A stretch of 20,000 nt of DNA from an uncultured virus (IMG/VR IMGVR_UViG_3300030329_003010) (Duplodnaviria; Heunggongvirae; Uroviricota; Caudoviricetes), in the IMG/VR virus record IMGVR_UViG_3300030329_003010; one strand, 5' to 3'. A program made the position numbers and the translations under genes. Positions 1-8,068 of this stretch are shown here, one piece after another. A model generated the notes under the pieces. The model did no database searches. It had not been told where the DNA came from and was given only the letters and a program-made list of their open reading frames with translations. How positions within the stretch are numbered: position 1 is the stretch's first letter; every line of letters starts with the position of its first letter.

Positions 1-242
1 AATTTGTTCTTCGCTAGAATTTGAGTTACTTGGTTTGTAGTGAAGGAACTTCCTCGCTTACTACCGTACACATATACACCTTCTCTCTCCCCTTTACCAT
101 ACACATATTTTCTAGTCTTGGTACTTTCAGAATCCTTTAGGTATTCTATGATTTCATGGGTGTTCGCACTACCCACTTCATTCAAAAAGTCCCAAATCTT
201 CATTTTCAACTTACTGTGCCTACATCTTCTTCTATTCGCCAT
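1..242 (-). CDS. Winged-helix DNA-binding protein, DUF3860-like (runs off the window edge; not in ORF track)
   Basis: Manual translation from ATG 242: MANRRRCRHSKLKMKIWDFLNEVGSANTHEIIEYLKDS...SFTTNQVTQILAKNK, open to position 1; GGAGTG SD upstream. The pattern 'I..FL...G.ANT.EI.EYL...T..Q...IL.K' resembles euryarchaeal DUF3860-type wHTH (from recall, no search run). Confidence 0.65.
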   Translation of the reverse strand, partial: MANRRRCRHSKLKMKIWDFLNEVGSANTHEIIEYLKDSESTKTRKYVYGKGEREGVYVYGSKRGSSFTTNQVTQILAKNK

Positions 243-383
243 TCTTTTCACACTCCAAAATTAATTCAGAAATAATTAATCGTTGTACCAATCCCCGATT
301 CCGCTAATTCTTTTTTTGTTTCATAGATGTTTTAGAAATTAATCCTTATTTTCTAAACATACTAAAGACGAATAAAAAGAATT

Positions 384-410
384 CCGAAAAACGCTAGACT
401 GGTCGCCATT
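384..410 (+). repeat. 27-bp direct repeat, copy 1
   Basis: CCGAAAAACGCTAGACTGGTCGCCATT; 24/27 identical to 12721-12747. Confidence 0.8.
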
Positions 411-418
411 ATTTATTT

Positions 419-1288
419 CTACTCACCCCCGAATAAATCAAAATAATTGAGCGCATCCTTAGCGTCAAGTCTTTCGATTACAAACATATCTTTCATTTTT
501 AGTTTTCTTGTAGCACCATTAATTCTTGAATCATTCATACGATTCTTTTTACGGTCAGTAAATATCAAAGCACTACCTAATATACAAGCATCTTCCATTG
601 TGATAAAACAACCCATGAAAGTGTTCATATCTATGGAACAGAAAGTACCATCTACGTTGATTGCGGGTACGGGTTGAACGAAAAGATTACTCCATTCTAA
701 CCCCACATTAACCCTCGCAACAAAGGTCAAGATTGGTTTTTTGGACTTAGCGTACTGTCTTTGTGTTATGATAACTTCATGATTGCCTTCTTTATTGGGT
801 ATAGTCGCATTTATACAAATCCTCATACCAATAGCCTCCTTTTCTTCGTGAGGGAAAGGATTCGTAGTTATCCTAGCGTCATATCCTCTTTCTTTTATTG
901 TTTGTACTAGACCTACTAACCAAGCATAATCGTCAAACTTTTCTCTAGTCACGGCCTTGATATAAACTGAAACCGGCTCTCTCCACAGGGTTACAAAAAC
1001 ACCCTCTTGGTTTTCTATTAGTTCAGTCAATAGTTCCGAAAACGGAGTTTCTAAATCCATCATGCTATCATATACATCACGGCGATAGGGCGGTGGAGAT
1101 GGGTAGCATAAAGCACATACCAAATCATACACCGTTCTTCTATCGGTAATGTGGCCCATCAGCCTGTCGTCTTGATGTAACAAGGACAAATCACAGGATG
1201 TAAGACTTCCTACCCTGCCGGTAGTGAAATACTCAACCTTGATGTCTCTAGTATCAATTACCAAAGGGGCTAGATTATTTGTGTTCAT
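419..1288 (-). CDS. Hypothetical protein, 289 aa
   Basis: Long ORF with GGGGTGA SD; its ATG overlaps the upstream stop (ATGA). Confidence 0.85.
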   Translation of the reverse strand: MNTNNLAPLVIDTRDIKVEYFTTGRVGSLTSCDLSLLHQDDRLMGHITDRRTVYDLVCALCYPSPPPYRRDVYDSMMDLETPFSELLTELIENQEGVFVTLWREPVSVYIKAVTREKFDDYAWLVGLVQTIKERGYDARITTNPFPHEEKEAIGMRICINATIPNKEGNHEVIITQRQYAKSKKPILTFVARVNVGLEWSNLFVQPVPAINVDGTFCSIDMNTFMGCFITMEDACILGSALIFTDRKKNRMNDSRINGATRKLKMKDMFVIERLDAKDALNYFDLFGGE

Positions 1289-1461
1289 TCAATCACCCCA
1301 AGTAAAGCGTCATATATTGTGTCTAATCGTTTCTTATCAGACATCTTAGGATTGCCCGCTTCTTGGAATAGATACAAGGCATCCTGTATTCCCTTACGCA
1401 ATCGCTTAATTTCTGCGAGTAATTCTTTCTTTGTGTATATTGAAGATATATGGTTTTTCAT
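1285..1461 (-). CDS. Hypothetical protein, 58 aa (MKNHISSIYTKKELLAEIKRL...; not in ORF track)
   Basis: Exactly fills the gap between neighbours; GGGGG SD, TAATAATG junction at the start, ATGA overlap at the end. Confidence 0.8.
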   Translation of the reverse strand: MKNHISSIYTKKELLAEIKRLRKGIQDALYLFQEAGNPKMSDKKRLDTIYDALLGVIE

Positions 1462-1463
1462 TA

Positions 1464-1778
1464 TTACAACCCCCTTTGCATGGCTTTGTACTCTTCTTTT
1501 GTGTAATGTTCTTCAACTTTAGGAACAAACATTTTGATAATGTAAATCCAATGGCGTACAAGTTCTAATTCCGATTGAAGAAGATGAGAATTCGGATGCT
1601 CTTGTAAGTTTTGAGCCTTCTCTTGTAACACTCTTAAAACCCCTTTCTCCCAAATCCCTTTTCTAATAACTCCTGTATAATTAACAACCCAAGAAAGGTA
1701 GCCACCAAAACTATTATGTTTGTAGAATTCACTCGTCATTTTATCTGCTAATACTTCATTCCATTTTATATCACTCAT
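1464..1778 (-). CDS. Hypothetical protein, 104 aa
   Basis: GGAGGAGG SD; coupled to both neighbours. Confidence 0.8.
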   Translation of the reverse strand: MSDIKWNEVLADKMTSEFYKHNSFGGYLSWVVNYTGVIRKGIWEKGVLRVLQEKAQNLQEHPNSHLLQSELELVRHWIYIIKMFVPKVEEHYTKEEYKAMQRGL

Positions 1779-1780
1779 TA

Positions 1781-1972
1781 TTATTCCTCCTCCAACTCTC
1801 TTACCTTCTCATCATACAATGCGTACGCTTTTTGTTCATCTCCGATTTCCCATCCTTCGACTAACTCCTTTGTATCATTAGATGTATGTCTCACTATATC
1901 AATAGCCCAAACAAACTTAGCGAGTTTGTGCATCTCAACTTCTTTATCTCCAATCATCGCACTTTGAATCAT
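1781..1972 (-). CDS. Hypothetical protein, 63 aa
   Basis: GAGGGGG SD; coupled to both neighbours. Confidence 0.8.
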   Translation of the reverse strand: MIQSAMIGDKEVEMHKLAKFVWAIDIVRHTSNDTKELVEGWEIGDEQKAYALYDEKVRELEEE

Positions 1973-1974
1973 TA

Positions 1975-2289
1975 TTACAACCCCCTCTCTTCTTTTATCT
2001 TTCGTAAAACTCTAGCAAACGCCTTCCATTTCTTGTTGTATTCCTTTGTGAATTGTGAATTGTTAGGTGGCTTGACTCCAACCCAAGGAGCGATGCCTAA
2101 GATAACAGCCTCAAGAGTCTTAAGGTATTGCCTTTCAGCCTCGGCATAAGCGTTCATTCTATCACTCTCGGCAGGATTAAACTTACACTTAGGACATAAT
2201 ACATATCCTTCTTCATCCGGTAATGTGTCCTCCTTATTGAATGCGACGAATCTAGTGAAACAAGCCTCACAAGTCATTGTTATACCCAT
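1975..2289 (-). CDS. Zn-ribbon protein (CxxC...CxxC)
   Basis: CEAC and CPKC pairs. Start moved to ATG 2289 (MGITMT), just after the upstream stop and with a GAGGGG SD. Confidence 0.75.
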   Translation of the reverse strand: MGITMTCEACFTRFVAFNKEDTLPDEEGYVLCPKCKFNPAESDRMNAYAEAERQYLKTLEAVILGIAPWVGVKPPNNSQFTKEYNKKWKAFARVLRKIKEERGL

Positions 2290-2290
2290 T

Positions 2291-2581
2291 TTAAGCACCC
2301 CTCTCGATGTATTGTGTTGCTTCGTCTATGTTTACCAGCGCGTAAGTTTCTACATAAGTTCTCATTTCGTTGTCTTTACGAACCCTACCCATCTTCTCAA
2401 TACCTTTCCATCCGTGAAGTATTTGTGCAATAGTTCTCGCTGATGGTACTTGGAAATTTTTAGAGATAATCCTTTCTCTAATTCCATCGTTCATTCTTTC
2501 AACGATTTGGTTCGCGGTCAAAGTTCCTTCGTAGTTTCTTAGCACGAATAAAATCGCACGCCGTAGTCTAATGTGTCTCAT
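2291..2581 (-). CDS. Winged helix-turn-helix protein, putative transcription regulator
   Basis: RRAILFVL...LTANQIVERM...PSARTIAQIL...IEK gives a three-helix plus wing pattern; ATG is 29 nt from its own TATA box. Confidence 0.7.
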   Translation of the reverse strand: MRHIRLRRAILFVLRNYEGTLTANQIVERMNDGIRERIISKNFQVPSARTIAQILHGWKGIEKMGRVRKDNEMRTYVETYALVNIDEATQYIERGA

Positions 2582-2602
2582 AATTAATCATTCCTCCTCA
2601 AG

Positions 2603-2634
2603 TATATAATGTTTCCGGTAGCGGGTTTGTAAGG
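2603..2634 (-). promoter_or_regulatory. Class A promoter (CCTTACAAACCCGC-N10-ATTATATA)
   Basis: Conserved motif; ATG 2581 is 29 nt from the TATA start. Confidence 0.85.
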
Positions 2635-2763
2635 TTACTCTTCCTCATCCGGCCAACCACAATAACTGCACCAAGCAGTAGGTGAAGAGTCATCCCAATC
2701 ACCATCTAGGGTTAATCTGCATTCGCATCTAGGGCAAAGAGGTCTAGCATATCTCCAACTCAT
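2635..2763 (-). CDS. Small Zn-finger protein, 42 aa
   Basis: MSWRYARPLCPRCEC...WCSYCG; start at the ATGA overlap with a GGAGGT SD. Confidence 0.75.
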   Translation of the reverse strand: MSWRYARPLCPRCECRLTLDGDWDDSSPTAWCSYCGWPDEEE

Positions 2764-2945
2764 TCGTAGACCTCCAAATCTTCGGGGTCTACTTCCCATG
2801 AACAAGAGGAATAAGAAGTACAACCACAACCCTCGCAATACAATTCTACCGCGACATAAGGCATATTGGTTCCTTGAGAACCATAATCGGTCATTCGATA
2901 TACTACAAAGTCACAAAGACTTCTATCTTCTGCACAATCACTCAT
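2760..2945 (-). CDS. Small Cys-rich protein, 61 aa
   Basis: CEGCG motif; ATGA-coupled start with GGAGGAG SD. Confidence 0.75.
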   Translation of the reverse strand: MSDCAEDRSLCDFVVYRMTDYGSQGTNMPYVAVELYCEGCGCTSYSSCSWEVDPEDLEVYE

Positions 2946-3091
2946 TCTTTCTCCTCCCATTCAACATATTCTCCACAACTTCGGCATTTAACTTCGCATT
3001 GATTGAATACAGGATGTAAAATTTCATCCCATGTTCCACATTTACAAACCCATCTGTATAGGCTTTCTGTATAAGTTATATTGCACTTCAT
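2942..3091 (-). CDS. Small Zn-ribbon protein, 49 aa
   Basis: WVCKCG...KCRSCG; ATGA-coupled start. Confidence 0.75.
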   Translation of the reverse strand: MKCNITYTESLYRWVCKCGTWDEILHPVFNQCEVKCRSCGEYVEWEEKE

Positions 3092-3588
3092 ACTATCGCC
3101 CCCTTCCACCATGAAGGAGCAGGTCGCCCTCTTTCCCACTTGGCGAATGTTTTGGAATGATAATATGCTCGGTATGCTTTTACTACATCTGCATCTTTGA
3201 ACTCATCCGGCATACATTGAGCAAAGGGAGTCAATGGGCCTTCGGGAATCAAATGAGCCATGTTAGATAGTATCTCGATACCATCAGCACAAAAATGAGT
3301 CTTGTTGAATCTCTTGGTGTATTCTTCTGCTAGAGCGGCGGCATGATAACAAGCCCAAATGAAATTGTCTCTTGAATCACCACAAAAGCGAGTGGCGGGA
3401 TGATTGTGATAACCACCCTTGAGAGGCGTACCTTTCTTAGTAAGAGGCATCTGCTCCGGTGTAGCACCATGTCTAATAACACTAGAACCTAGTTGTTGGT
3501 AAAGTTCCACGACCATTTTAGGCAGGTGCTTGTCGCAATACATTTTGGCCGATACAATCGGGTCTTTATCAAGTACAAATATGTTCAT
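3088..3588 (-). CDS. Pyrimidine-dimer DNA glycosylase / T4 endonuclease V-like (Pyr_excise family)
   Basis: Characteristic motifs MNIFVLD..P..SA...CDKH..KM..E..Q.L, HNHP.T, Y..RF.K.H, TPF.Q.MP...K..D.V.AYR.YY and AKW, typical of the marine viral DenV-like family. Confidence 0.85.
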   Translation of the reverse strand: MNIFVLDKDPIVSAKMYCDKHLPKMVVELYQQLGSSVIRHGATPEQMPLTKKGTPLKGGYHNHPATRFCGDSRDNFIWACYHAAALAEEYTKRFNKTHFCADGIEILSNMAHLIPEGPLTPFAQCMPDEFKDADVVKAYRAYYHSKTFAKWERGRPAPSWWKGAIV

Positions 3589-3591
3589 TGG

Positions 3592-3819
3592 TCATTCCTC
3601 CTCGGTGCGGTCGGAAGTGGCTTCTGCCTCCCCCGACAACGTTTTCTCCACTGACTCCTCGTTATTAAACCCTTCGGTAGCGGCTTTGTAAAGTCCTATA
3701 TGTGCTATCATAACATCTCTTGTACAACGCATACAAGCATAATCTCCTCCGAAGATTAAAGTTAGTACGTTGCCTTGGTTACAAAGACAACATGAGTGAT
3801 ATTGTAATCCTGTTTCCAT
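3592..3819 (-). CDS. Small Zn-finger protein, 75 aa
   Basis: CCLC...CMRC; its 3' part overlaps a promoter copy. Confidence 0.7.
   Translation of the reverse strand: METGLQYHSCCLCNQGNVLTLIFGGDYACMRCTRDVMIAHIGLYKAATEGFNNEESVEKTLSGEAEATSDRTEEE
3662..3693 (-). promoter_or_regulatory. Class A promoter, degenerate and intragenic
   Basis: CTTTACAAAGCCGC-N10-TTTAATAA, upstream of the DenV-like gene. Confidence 0.6.
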
Positions 3820-3821
3820 AT

Positions 3822-4127
3822 TTAATTCTCCTCCATTATCATTTTCAGCATTATTAAGTAGCCAATCAAGTCATCTACAATATCCATATCACTCTCAATA
3901 CTATCGTTACCTCTAGCCAACCGTGATAGTTTATCATCAATGCGTACCCTAACTCCGGCTTCTGAATCTAACTTTGAGAACAAACGAACAGGATTGTTTA
4001 CACTGTCTCCATACTGTTCATTTTTATTGACCAGCAATTCACCTACACGGTATAGTATATCATTTACTTTCTGCGAAAAAGTCTGTGCTTTTGGGTCGGG
4101 CTGTCTTTTTTCAACCATATTAATCAT
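3822..4127 (-). CDS. DUF1599 / nucleotide-modification-associated domain 1 (MazG-like helical fold)
   Basis: Motifs KN.QYGDS, RIDDKLSR and D...DLIGY. The start could alternatively be ATG 4118. Confidence 0.75.
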   Translation of the reverse strand: MINMVEKRQPDPKAQTFSQKVNDILYRVGELLVNKNEQYGDSVNNPVRLFSKLDSEAGVRVRIDDKLSRLARGNDSIESDMDIVDDLIGYLIMLKMIMEEN

Positions 4128-4332
4128 CCCCCATAAGTTCAGTGTGTATAATTTCTGATTTCATTACCTTTACTCGCCAATTCTCTCTTTGTTCTTCATT
4201 AATACGGTTAAGAATACCCAATATACGAACTATCAAAGAAACATCATTATCGTATTTCTCATCAGCATCGTCTTGTTCATCATCATAAATAAATCTCAAT
4301 GTATATTCAGTGTTAAATAAATTCCGTTTCAT
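4120..4332 (-). CDS. Hypothetical protein, 70 aa
   Basis: Start re-assigned to MKRNLF, directly after the upstream stop. Confidence 0.7.
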   Translation of the reverse strand: MKRNLFNTEYTLRFIYDDEQDDADEKYDNDVSLIVRILGILNRINEEQRENWRVKVMKSEIIHTELMGDD

Positions 4333-4334
4333 AA

Positions 4335-4883
4335 TTACCACAACCATCCTAAGATTCTTCGGATTAGACCACTCTTTCTAGGTGGATTTTCTGCTAATAC
4401 TAACTCCAACTGCGCTACTATTTCTTCTAGTTCTTCGACTTGAGTTTCTAATACCGTAACCCTATCTTCTAACTCATAGATTTCACAATTGTTCTTGATG
4501 TCGTCGTAATCCACATAGTCACTAATATCAAAGCCACTAAACACTGATTCCGTAATATCATCTTCGATGTTGTATTTGATTGTATCAAAGTCAATGTGGT
4601 CATTGACCTGCTCAAGAATATCATCCTCGATTTCATATCTAATATCACAAGTGTCGATGTAATCATTAACATCAATGTAATCGGACAAATCCATGTTGCT
4701 CATAAATTCCTCGATAAACTCATGTACTTTACCTTCACTAATTAAGTCGTCAGTATCGATGAATTCTAAGAAATTAGTATTCTCAAGATGACTTAAGATT
4801 GATGCTTCAATCATCCCACTATCTATTTCACTCAATACACCTTCAATTATTGCGCTTTCATCAAATTCTATTTCTGCTTCCAT
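4335..4883 (-). CDS. Very acidic protein with internal repeats, a coiled coil and an amphipathic C-terminal tail
   Basis: About 52/182 residues D/E (hand count); repeated ID.D.I.Y.IEDDI; tail RKSGLIRRILGWLW; GAGGAGG SD. Confidence 0.85.
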   Translation of the reverse strand: MEAEIEFDESAIIEGVLSEIDSGMIEASILSHLENTNFLEFIDTDDLISEGKVHEFIEEFMSNMDLSDYIDVNDYIDTCDIRYEIEDDILEQVNDHIDFDTIKYNIEDDITESVFSGFDISDYVDYDDIKNNCEIYELEDRVTVLETQVEELEEIVAQLELVLAENPPRKSGLIRRILGWLW

Positions 4884-4885
4884 GT

Positions 4886-5062
4886 TTATGCCTCCTCTAC
4901 AATTATTTCTTCCACATAGTAATCTTTAGCCGGATGTGATTTACCGCCCAAATTTTCACGTTGTTCATCATATAGCCACGCCATATCATATGCGTCTTCT
5001 TCTGATTCTGCTTCTACAACAAACGTAAAAGCGACCATCTTTGTTACTTCGTATTCCTTCAT
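4886..5062 (-). CDS. Hypothetical protein, 58 aa (MKEYEVTKMVAFTFVVEAESEEDAYDMA...; not in ORF track)
   Basis: ATG exactly 29 nt from a TATA start; VEAESEE.A motif common in small viral proteins; stop abuts the next gene. Confidence 0.8.
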   Translation of the reverse strand: MKEYEVTKMVAFTFVVEAESEEDAYDMAWLYDEQRENLGGKSHPAKDYYVEEIIVEEA

Positions 5063-5083
5063 ATTTATTCCTCACATTCATTC

Positions 5084-5115
5084 CTTATAACTCTTTTCAT
5101 AGCGGGTTCGTTAGG
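5084..5115 (-). promoter_or_regulatory. Class A promoter
   Basis: CCTAACGAACCCGC-N10-GTTATAAG; ATG 5062 at +29. Confidence 0.85.
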
Positions 5116-5813
5116 CTTTCCTCCACTTTCAAAGAGTATTTGTACGTTTTTTCATCCCAATGATAATCCTCATAAAGACTCATGTTATCTATCAAATCCG
5201 CAACTAATCCATCCATACTTTCTTCGATTTGGTATATTGTGCTTGTGCCTAGCCATGTATCAATAACATATTTGGCCGTCTTTTTGAGTTGTTGAATTTC
5301 ATGATAATCGATTCTAGTTATACCATCGTACTTATGAATTTCCTTGATACGGTGCAGCCTCTCGATTTTAGCCTCATCATAGAGTTCTTCATGTAAACTT
5401 TCATTATAGTTTTCATCTTCTGCAAAAACCTTTTCCATTTTAAGATTCTTGTCTGCTTCATCCCTAAGTGAATTATTGGCTTGTCGTAAAGCCATGTATG
5501 CTAAAGCATGGTCACATTCTTCTGCCGATTTCCTAGCGGCATTACAAGTGAAATCTGCTTCGGATAATTTCTCAACAAATTCAAGAGTGATAGGCCAATA
5601 ATCTTGTGAAGGCTTAGGGCATTGTATTCTATCATAGAGAGAGAATCGTCTATACGCTTCTTCTATTGAAGTCTGATGTCGAGCGTCACCGATACTACCT
5701 ACGCCAGTGACCATACACATTACTCCCATTCCAAACGAAGGAATGAATTCGCGTTGAGCCTCGGTGAACTCTTCAAACTTTTCTTTATTCTTACATCCTA
5801 CTCTTAACGGCAT
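5097..5813 (-). CDS. Hypothetical protein, about 238 aa
   Basis: Start re-assigned to MPLRVG after the upstream stop, with GAGGGGGAG SD. Confidence 0.85.
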   Translation of the reverse strand: MPLRVGCKNKEKFEEFTEAQREFIPSFGMGVMCMVTGVGSIGDARHQTSIEEAYRRFSLYDRIQCPKPSQDYWPITLEFVEKLSEADFTCNAARKSAEECDHALAYMALRQANNSLRDEADKNLKMEKVFAEDENYNESLHEELYDEAKIERLHRIKEIHKYDGITRIDYHEIQQLKKTAKYVIDTWLGTSTIYQIEESMDGLVADLIDNMSLYEDYHWDEKTYKYSLKVEESLTNPL

Positions 5814-5814
5814 T

Positions 5815-6021
5815 TTACTCCCCCTCCTCTTCTTCATTTTCCATAGCCACAATCAATTGTTTCATTTCAGAAATTCTCTTCATTCTACTCCAAACCATAT
5901 AAGCATTATCGGTCATCGTTTCTAATTCCTCAAGACTATACCTATTCAACAATCTGTTTGGCATCTTTTGTTTCATCCAATACATTAATTCGTCTATCCA
6001 TTTCCATTCAATCGGTTTCAT
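5815..6021 (-). CDS. Hypothetical protein, 68 aa
   Basis: GGAGG SD; coupled to both neighbours. Confidence 0.8.
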   Translation of the reverse strand: MKPIEWKWIDELMYWMKQKMPNRLLNRYSLEELETMTDNAYMVWSRMKRISEMKQLIVAMENEEEEGE

Positions 6022-6022
6022 A

Positions 6023-6463
6023 TCATTCTTCCTCCTGTGTGTTTCCTGTTAAATTGTCCTCTACTTCCGCGCTTATATAGTTTTCGGTGGCGGGTTCGTT
6101 AGGTGTCCAATTGTTTTCTTTGTTCAAATTATAATCGTGTTTATGGCAAAACCAAACCGTACAACCAGCACCGTGCATTTGAACCCAACAAGCGACTGAT
6201 ACTCTACTATTAGCATAATCCTGTTTTTCACCTACACTCTCATTCACATTTTCTAAAAATGATTTGAAAGTAGGGAATGTTAAATGCAAACTAGGTATAT
6301 CTTTAGAGTTATAAACACCTGCTATGGCCCTAAAATACTTGAAGTGTTTACCAATCTTTCTTTTTTCTTTTTGTATTAGTTTGGTTACAAAAACAGGGTC
6401 GTCAAACGGACCTTGCCATTTTTCTTCGTTCAAATCTAGTGTGTATGTTATTTTTTCATTCAT
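6023..6463 (-). CDS. Hypothetical protein, about 146 aa
   Basis: Start re-assigned to MNEKIT; a promoter copy is embedded in its 3' end. Confidence 0.8.
   Translation of the reverse strand: MNEKITYTLDLNEEKWQGPFDDPVFVTKLIQKEKRKIGKHFKYFRAIAGVYNSKDIPSLHLTFPTFKSFLENVNESVGEKQDYANSRVSVACWVQMHGAGCTVWFCHKHDYNLNKENNWTPNEPATENYISAEVEDNLTGNTQEEE
6072..6103 (-). promoter_or_regulatory. Class A promoter, intragenic
   Basis: CCTAACGAACCCGC-N10-TATATAAG. Confidence 0.75.
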
Positions 6464-6464
6464 T

Positions 6465-6665
6465 TTATTCTTCCTCCTCAAAATATTGTAATATCTTTTT
6501 TATTGTATGGTCTGTGAACCTATCTTCCATATGGGCCTTATCAAGGGCGTAAATCAATCTCAATCTTTCGCTAGGTTGTTCTAACGCCTTAGTAAAAAGC
6601 GATGCTAGTGTATTATACCTATACGATTTCATTTTCATTGTGTTTGCATATTCTTCTAAATCCAT
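6465..6665 (-). CDS. Hypothetical protein, 66 aa, paralog A
   Basis: GGAGGTGA SD; 42/66 identical to 7124..7324. Confidence 0.85.
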   Translation of the reverse strand: MDLEEYANTMKMKSYRYNTLASLFTKALEQPSERLRLIYALDKAHMEDRFTDHTIKKILQYFEEEE

Positions 6666-6666
6666 A

Positions 6667-7122
6667 TTACTTCACCTCCAAGCCGACTATTTCATATCCA
6701 CTCCATTTAATACAAGCCCTTCTGAAATTATCATCTAAATCGTCAAGGATTGCATAACCATTTTCATCCCTTTCTATAACAAGTTCTTTGATTTCATCCC
6801 ACGATAAATCGCTTTCTTTCTGATGCTCTTCTGCTAATGAAACCCAAGGTGGGAATAAACAATTCCGGTCATTATAATTTTGAGCGCGGTCATCCCATGT
6901 ATTCCTTTCATAGTCCCATGTCCATTTGTAATTAGGGTCCGATTCTGAATAATGAATGATACCTTTCTTTTCTAAAGACGTAACTATCGCTCTCCATTGT
7001 TTAGGATTCATGCTACAATATGAAGCCGATACCCACATGACTATACCTGTACCGTCAGTCGTATGGTCTGAACAAACCATGTCCGTGATAAATTGAAATT
7101 CTAGTTTTGTTATTTGTTTCAT
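6667..7122 (-). CDS. Hypothetical protein, about 151 aa; N-terminus possibly winged-helix-like
   Basis: Start re-assigned to MKQITK; the 'WRAIVTSLEKKGII' pattern is HTH-like (weak). Confidence 0.75.
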   Translation of the reverse strand: MKQITKLEFQFITDMVCSDHTTDGTGIVMWVSASYCSMNPKQWRAIVTSLEKKGIIHYSESDPNYKWTWDYERNTWDDRAQNYNDRNCLFPPWVSLAEEHQKESDLSWDEIKELVIERDENGYAILDDLDDNFRRACIKWSGYEIVGLEVK

Positions 7123-7123
7123 T

Positions 7124-7324
7124 TTATTCATCCTCCTCATAATATTCTAATATCATTTTAATTGTGTGATTTGAAAACTCACCTTCCATATGAGCCTTAT
7201 CAAGAGTGCGAATTAATCTCAATCTTTCCCAAGATTGGTCTAACGCCTTGGTAAAAATCGCGGCCAATTTGTTATACCTAAAACTATTCATCTTTCTTCT
7301 ATGTGCGTGTTCATCTATATCCAT
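7124..7324 (-). CDS. Hypothetical protein, 66 aa, paralog B
   Basis: Start MDIDEH with GGAGGAGG SD; ungapped alignment to 6465..6665. Confidence 0.85.
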   Translation of the reverse strand: MDIDEHAHRRKMNSFRYNKLAAIFTKALDQSWERLRLIRTLDKAHMEGEFSNHTIKMILEYYEEDE

Positions 7325-7326
7325 AT

Positions 7327-7617
7327 TCATTCCTCCTCCAATAATCCCATTACAACCCAATTAGTTTCGTTTGAACCTTCAATCAAGACGTTACCATCTC
7401 CACCGTATTCGCACCATTTCCAATTAGGATAGTGCAATAACATTTTGTGAAAGCATTCTTTGATTGAATCATATTTTTTGATAGCCTCTCCTAATGTAGC
7501 AATCTCATATGATTTATCAGCAACACCTAAACTATAATCCCCATTATCATCTATATGACCATCTTCGGGGCCGTACCAAACAAGCACATTAAATTCTCTC
7601 ATTACATATTCACTCAT
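7327..7617 (-). CDS. Hypothetical protein, 96 aa
   Basis: GGTGA SD; ATGA overlap. Confidence 0.8.
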   Translation of the reverse strand: MSEYVMREFNVLVWYGPEDGHIDDNGDYSLGVADKSYEIATLGEAIKKYDSIKECFHKMLLHYPNWKWCEYGGDGNVLIEGSNETNWVVMGLLEEE

Positions 7618-7778
7618 TCTTCATCACCTTCTCTTGTTTCCGGCATACATTCGGGATGATACCAACGCTTCATTTTATCTCGCTCCGTTGCTCCAACTTT
7701 ATCAAAACTGAAATCCTCATAATGTGTAATCGGTTCCCCGCATTTCTTACAGGTGAATGGTGTCCTTCTTAGTCCCAT
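7614..7778 (-). CDS. Small CxxC...HxxC Zn-finger protein, 54 aa (not in ORF track)
   Basis: MGLRRTPFTCKKCGEPI...WYHPEC; ATG 29 nt from a TATA start; stop overlaps the next ATG. Confidence 0.85.
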   Translation of the reverse strand: MGLRRTPFTCKKCGEPITHYEDFSFDKVGATERDKMKRWYHPECMPETREGDEE

Positions 7779-7780
7779 AT

Positions 7781-8068
7781 TTACTCCTCTCCTTCTAGGT
7801 ATTTATAGTTTCCGATAGCGGGTTCGTAAGTTCGTATAATTTGATTCATTTTTCTTAGTATATCAAAAGCATGAATCAATCTATCCGTTGCATAATCCAT
7901 AGCATAATCGTACCCTTCTTCTTCTATCATTCCATCAAGGAAATTATATTGCTCAAGAACTGTTTCACAGACTTCCCAATTGTTAAGGAAATTCCATTCA
8001 CCAATCTCAATAGCCAATTCAATCCATCGTTGGTTTTTAGCCAATTCTTCAAAAATTCGCGTTTCCAT
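7781..8068 (-). CDS. Hypothetical protein, 95 aa
   Basis: TAATG coupling; its 3' end carries a promoter copy (reads TYEPAIGNYKY). Confidence 0.8.
   Translation of the reverse strand: METRIFEELAKNQRWIELAIEIGEWNFLNNWEVCETVLEQYNFLDGMIEEEGYDYAMDYATDRLIHAFDILRKMNQIIRTYEPAIGNYKYLEGEE
7800..7831 (-). promoter_or_regulatory. Class A promoter, intragenic
   Basis: ACTTACGAACCCGC-N10-TATAAATA; ATG 7778 at +29. Confidence 0.85.

Noticed and set aside
419..1288. DUF932-like assignment
   Set aside because: The similarity is an impression only; no diagnostic motif could be confirmed.
4469..4675. Nested minus-strand ORF (likewise 18848..19033 on the + strand)
   Set aside because: It is an alternative frame inside a stronger gene, with no independent signals.
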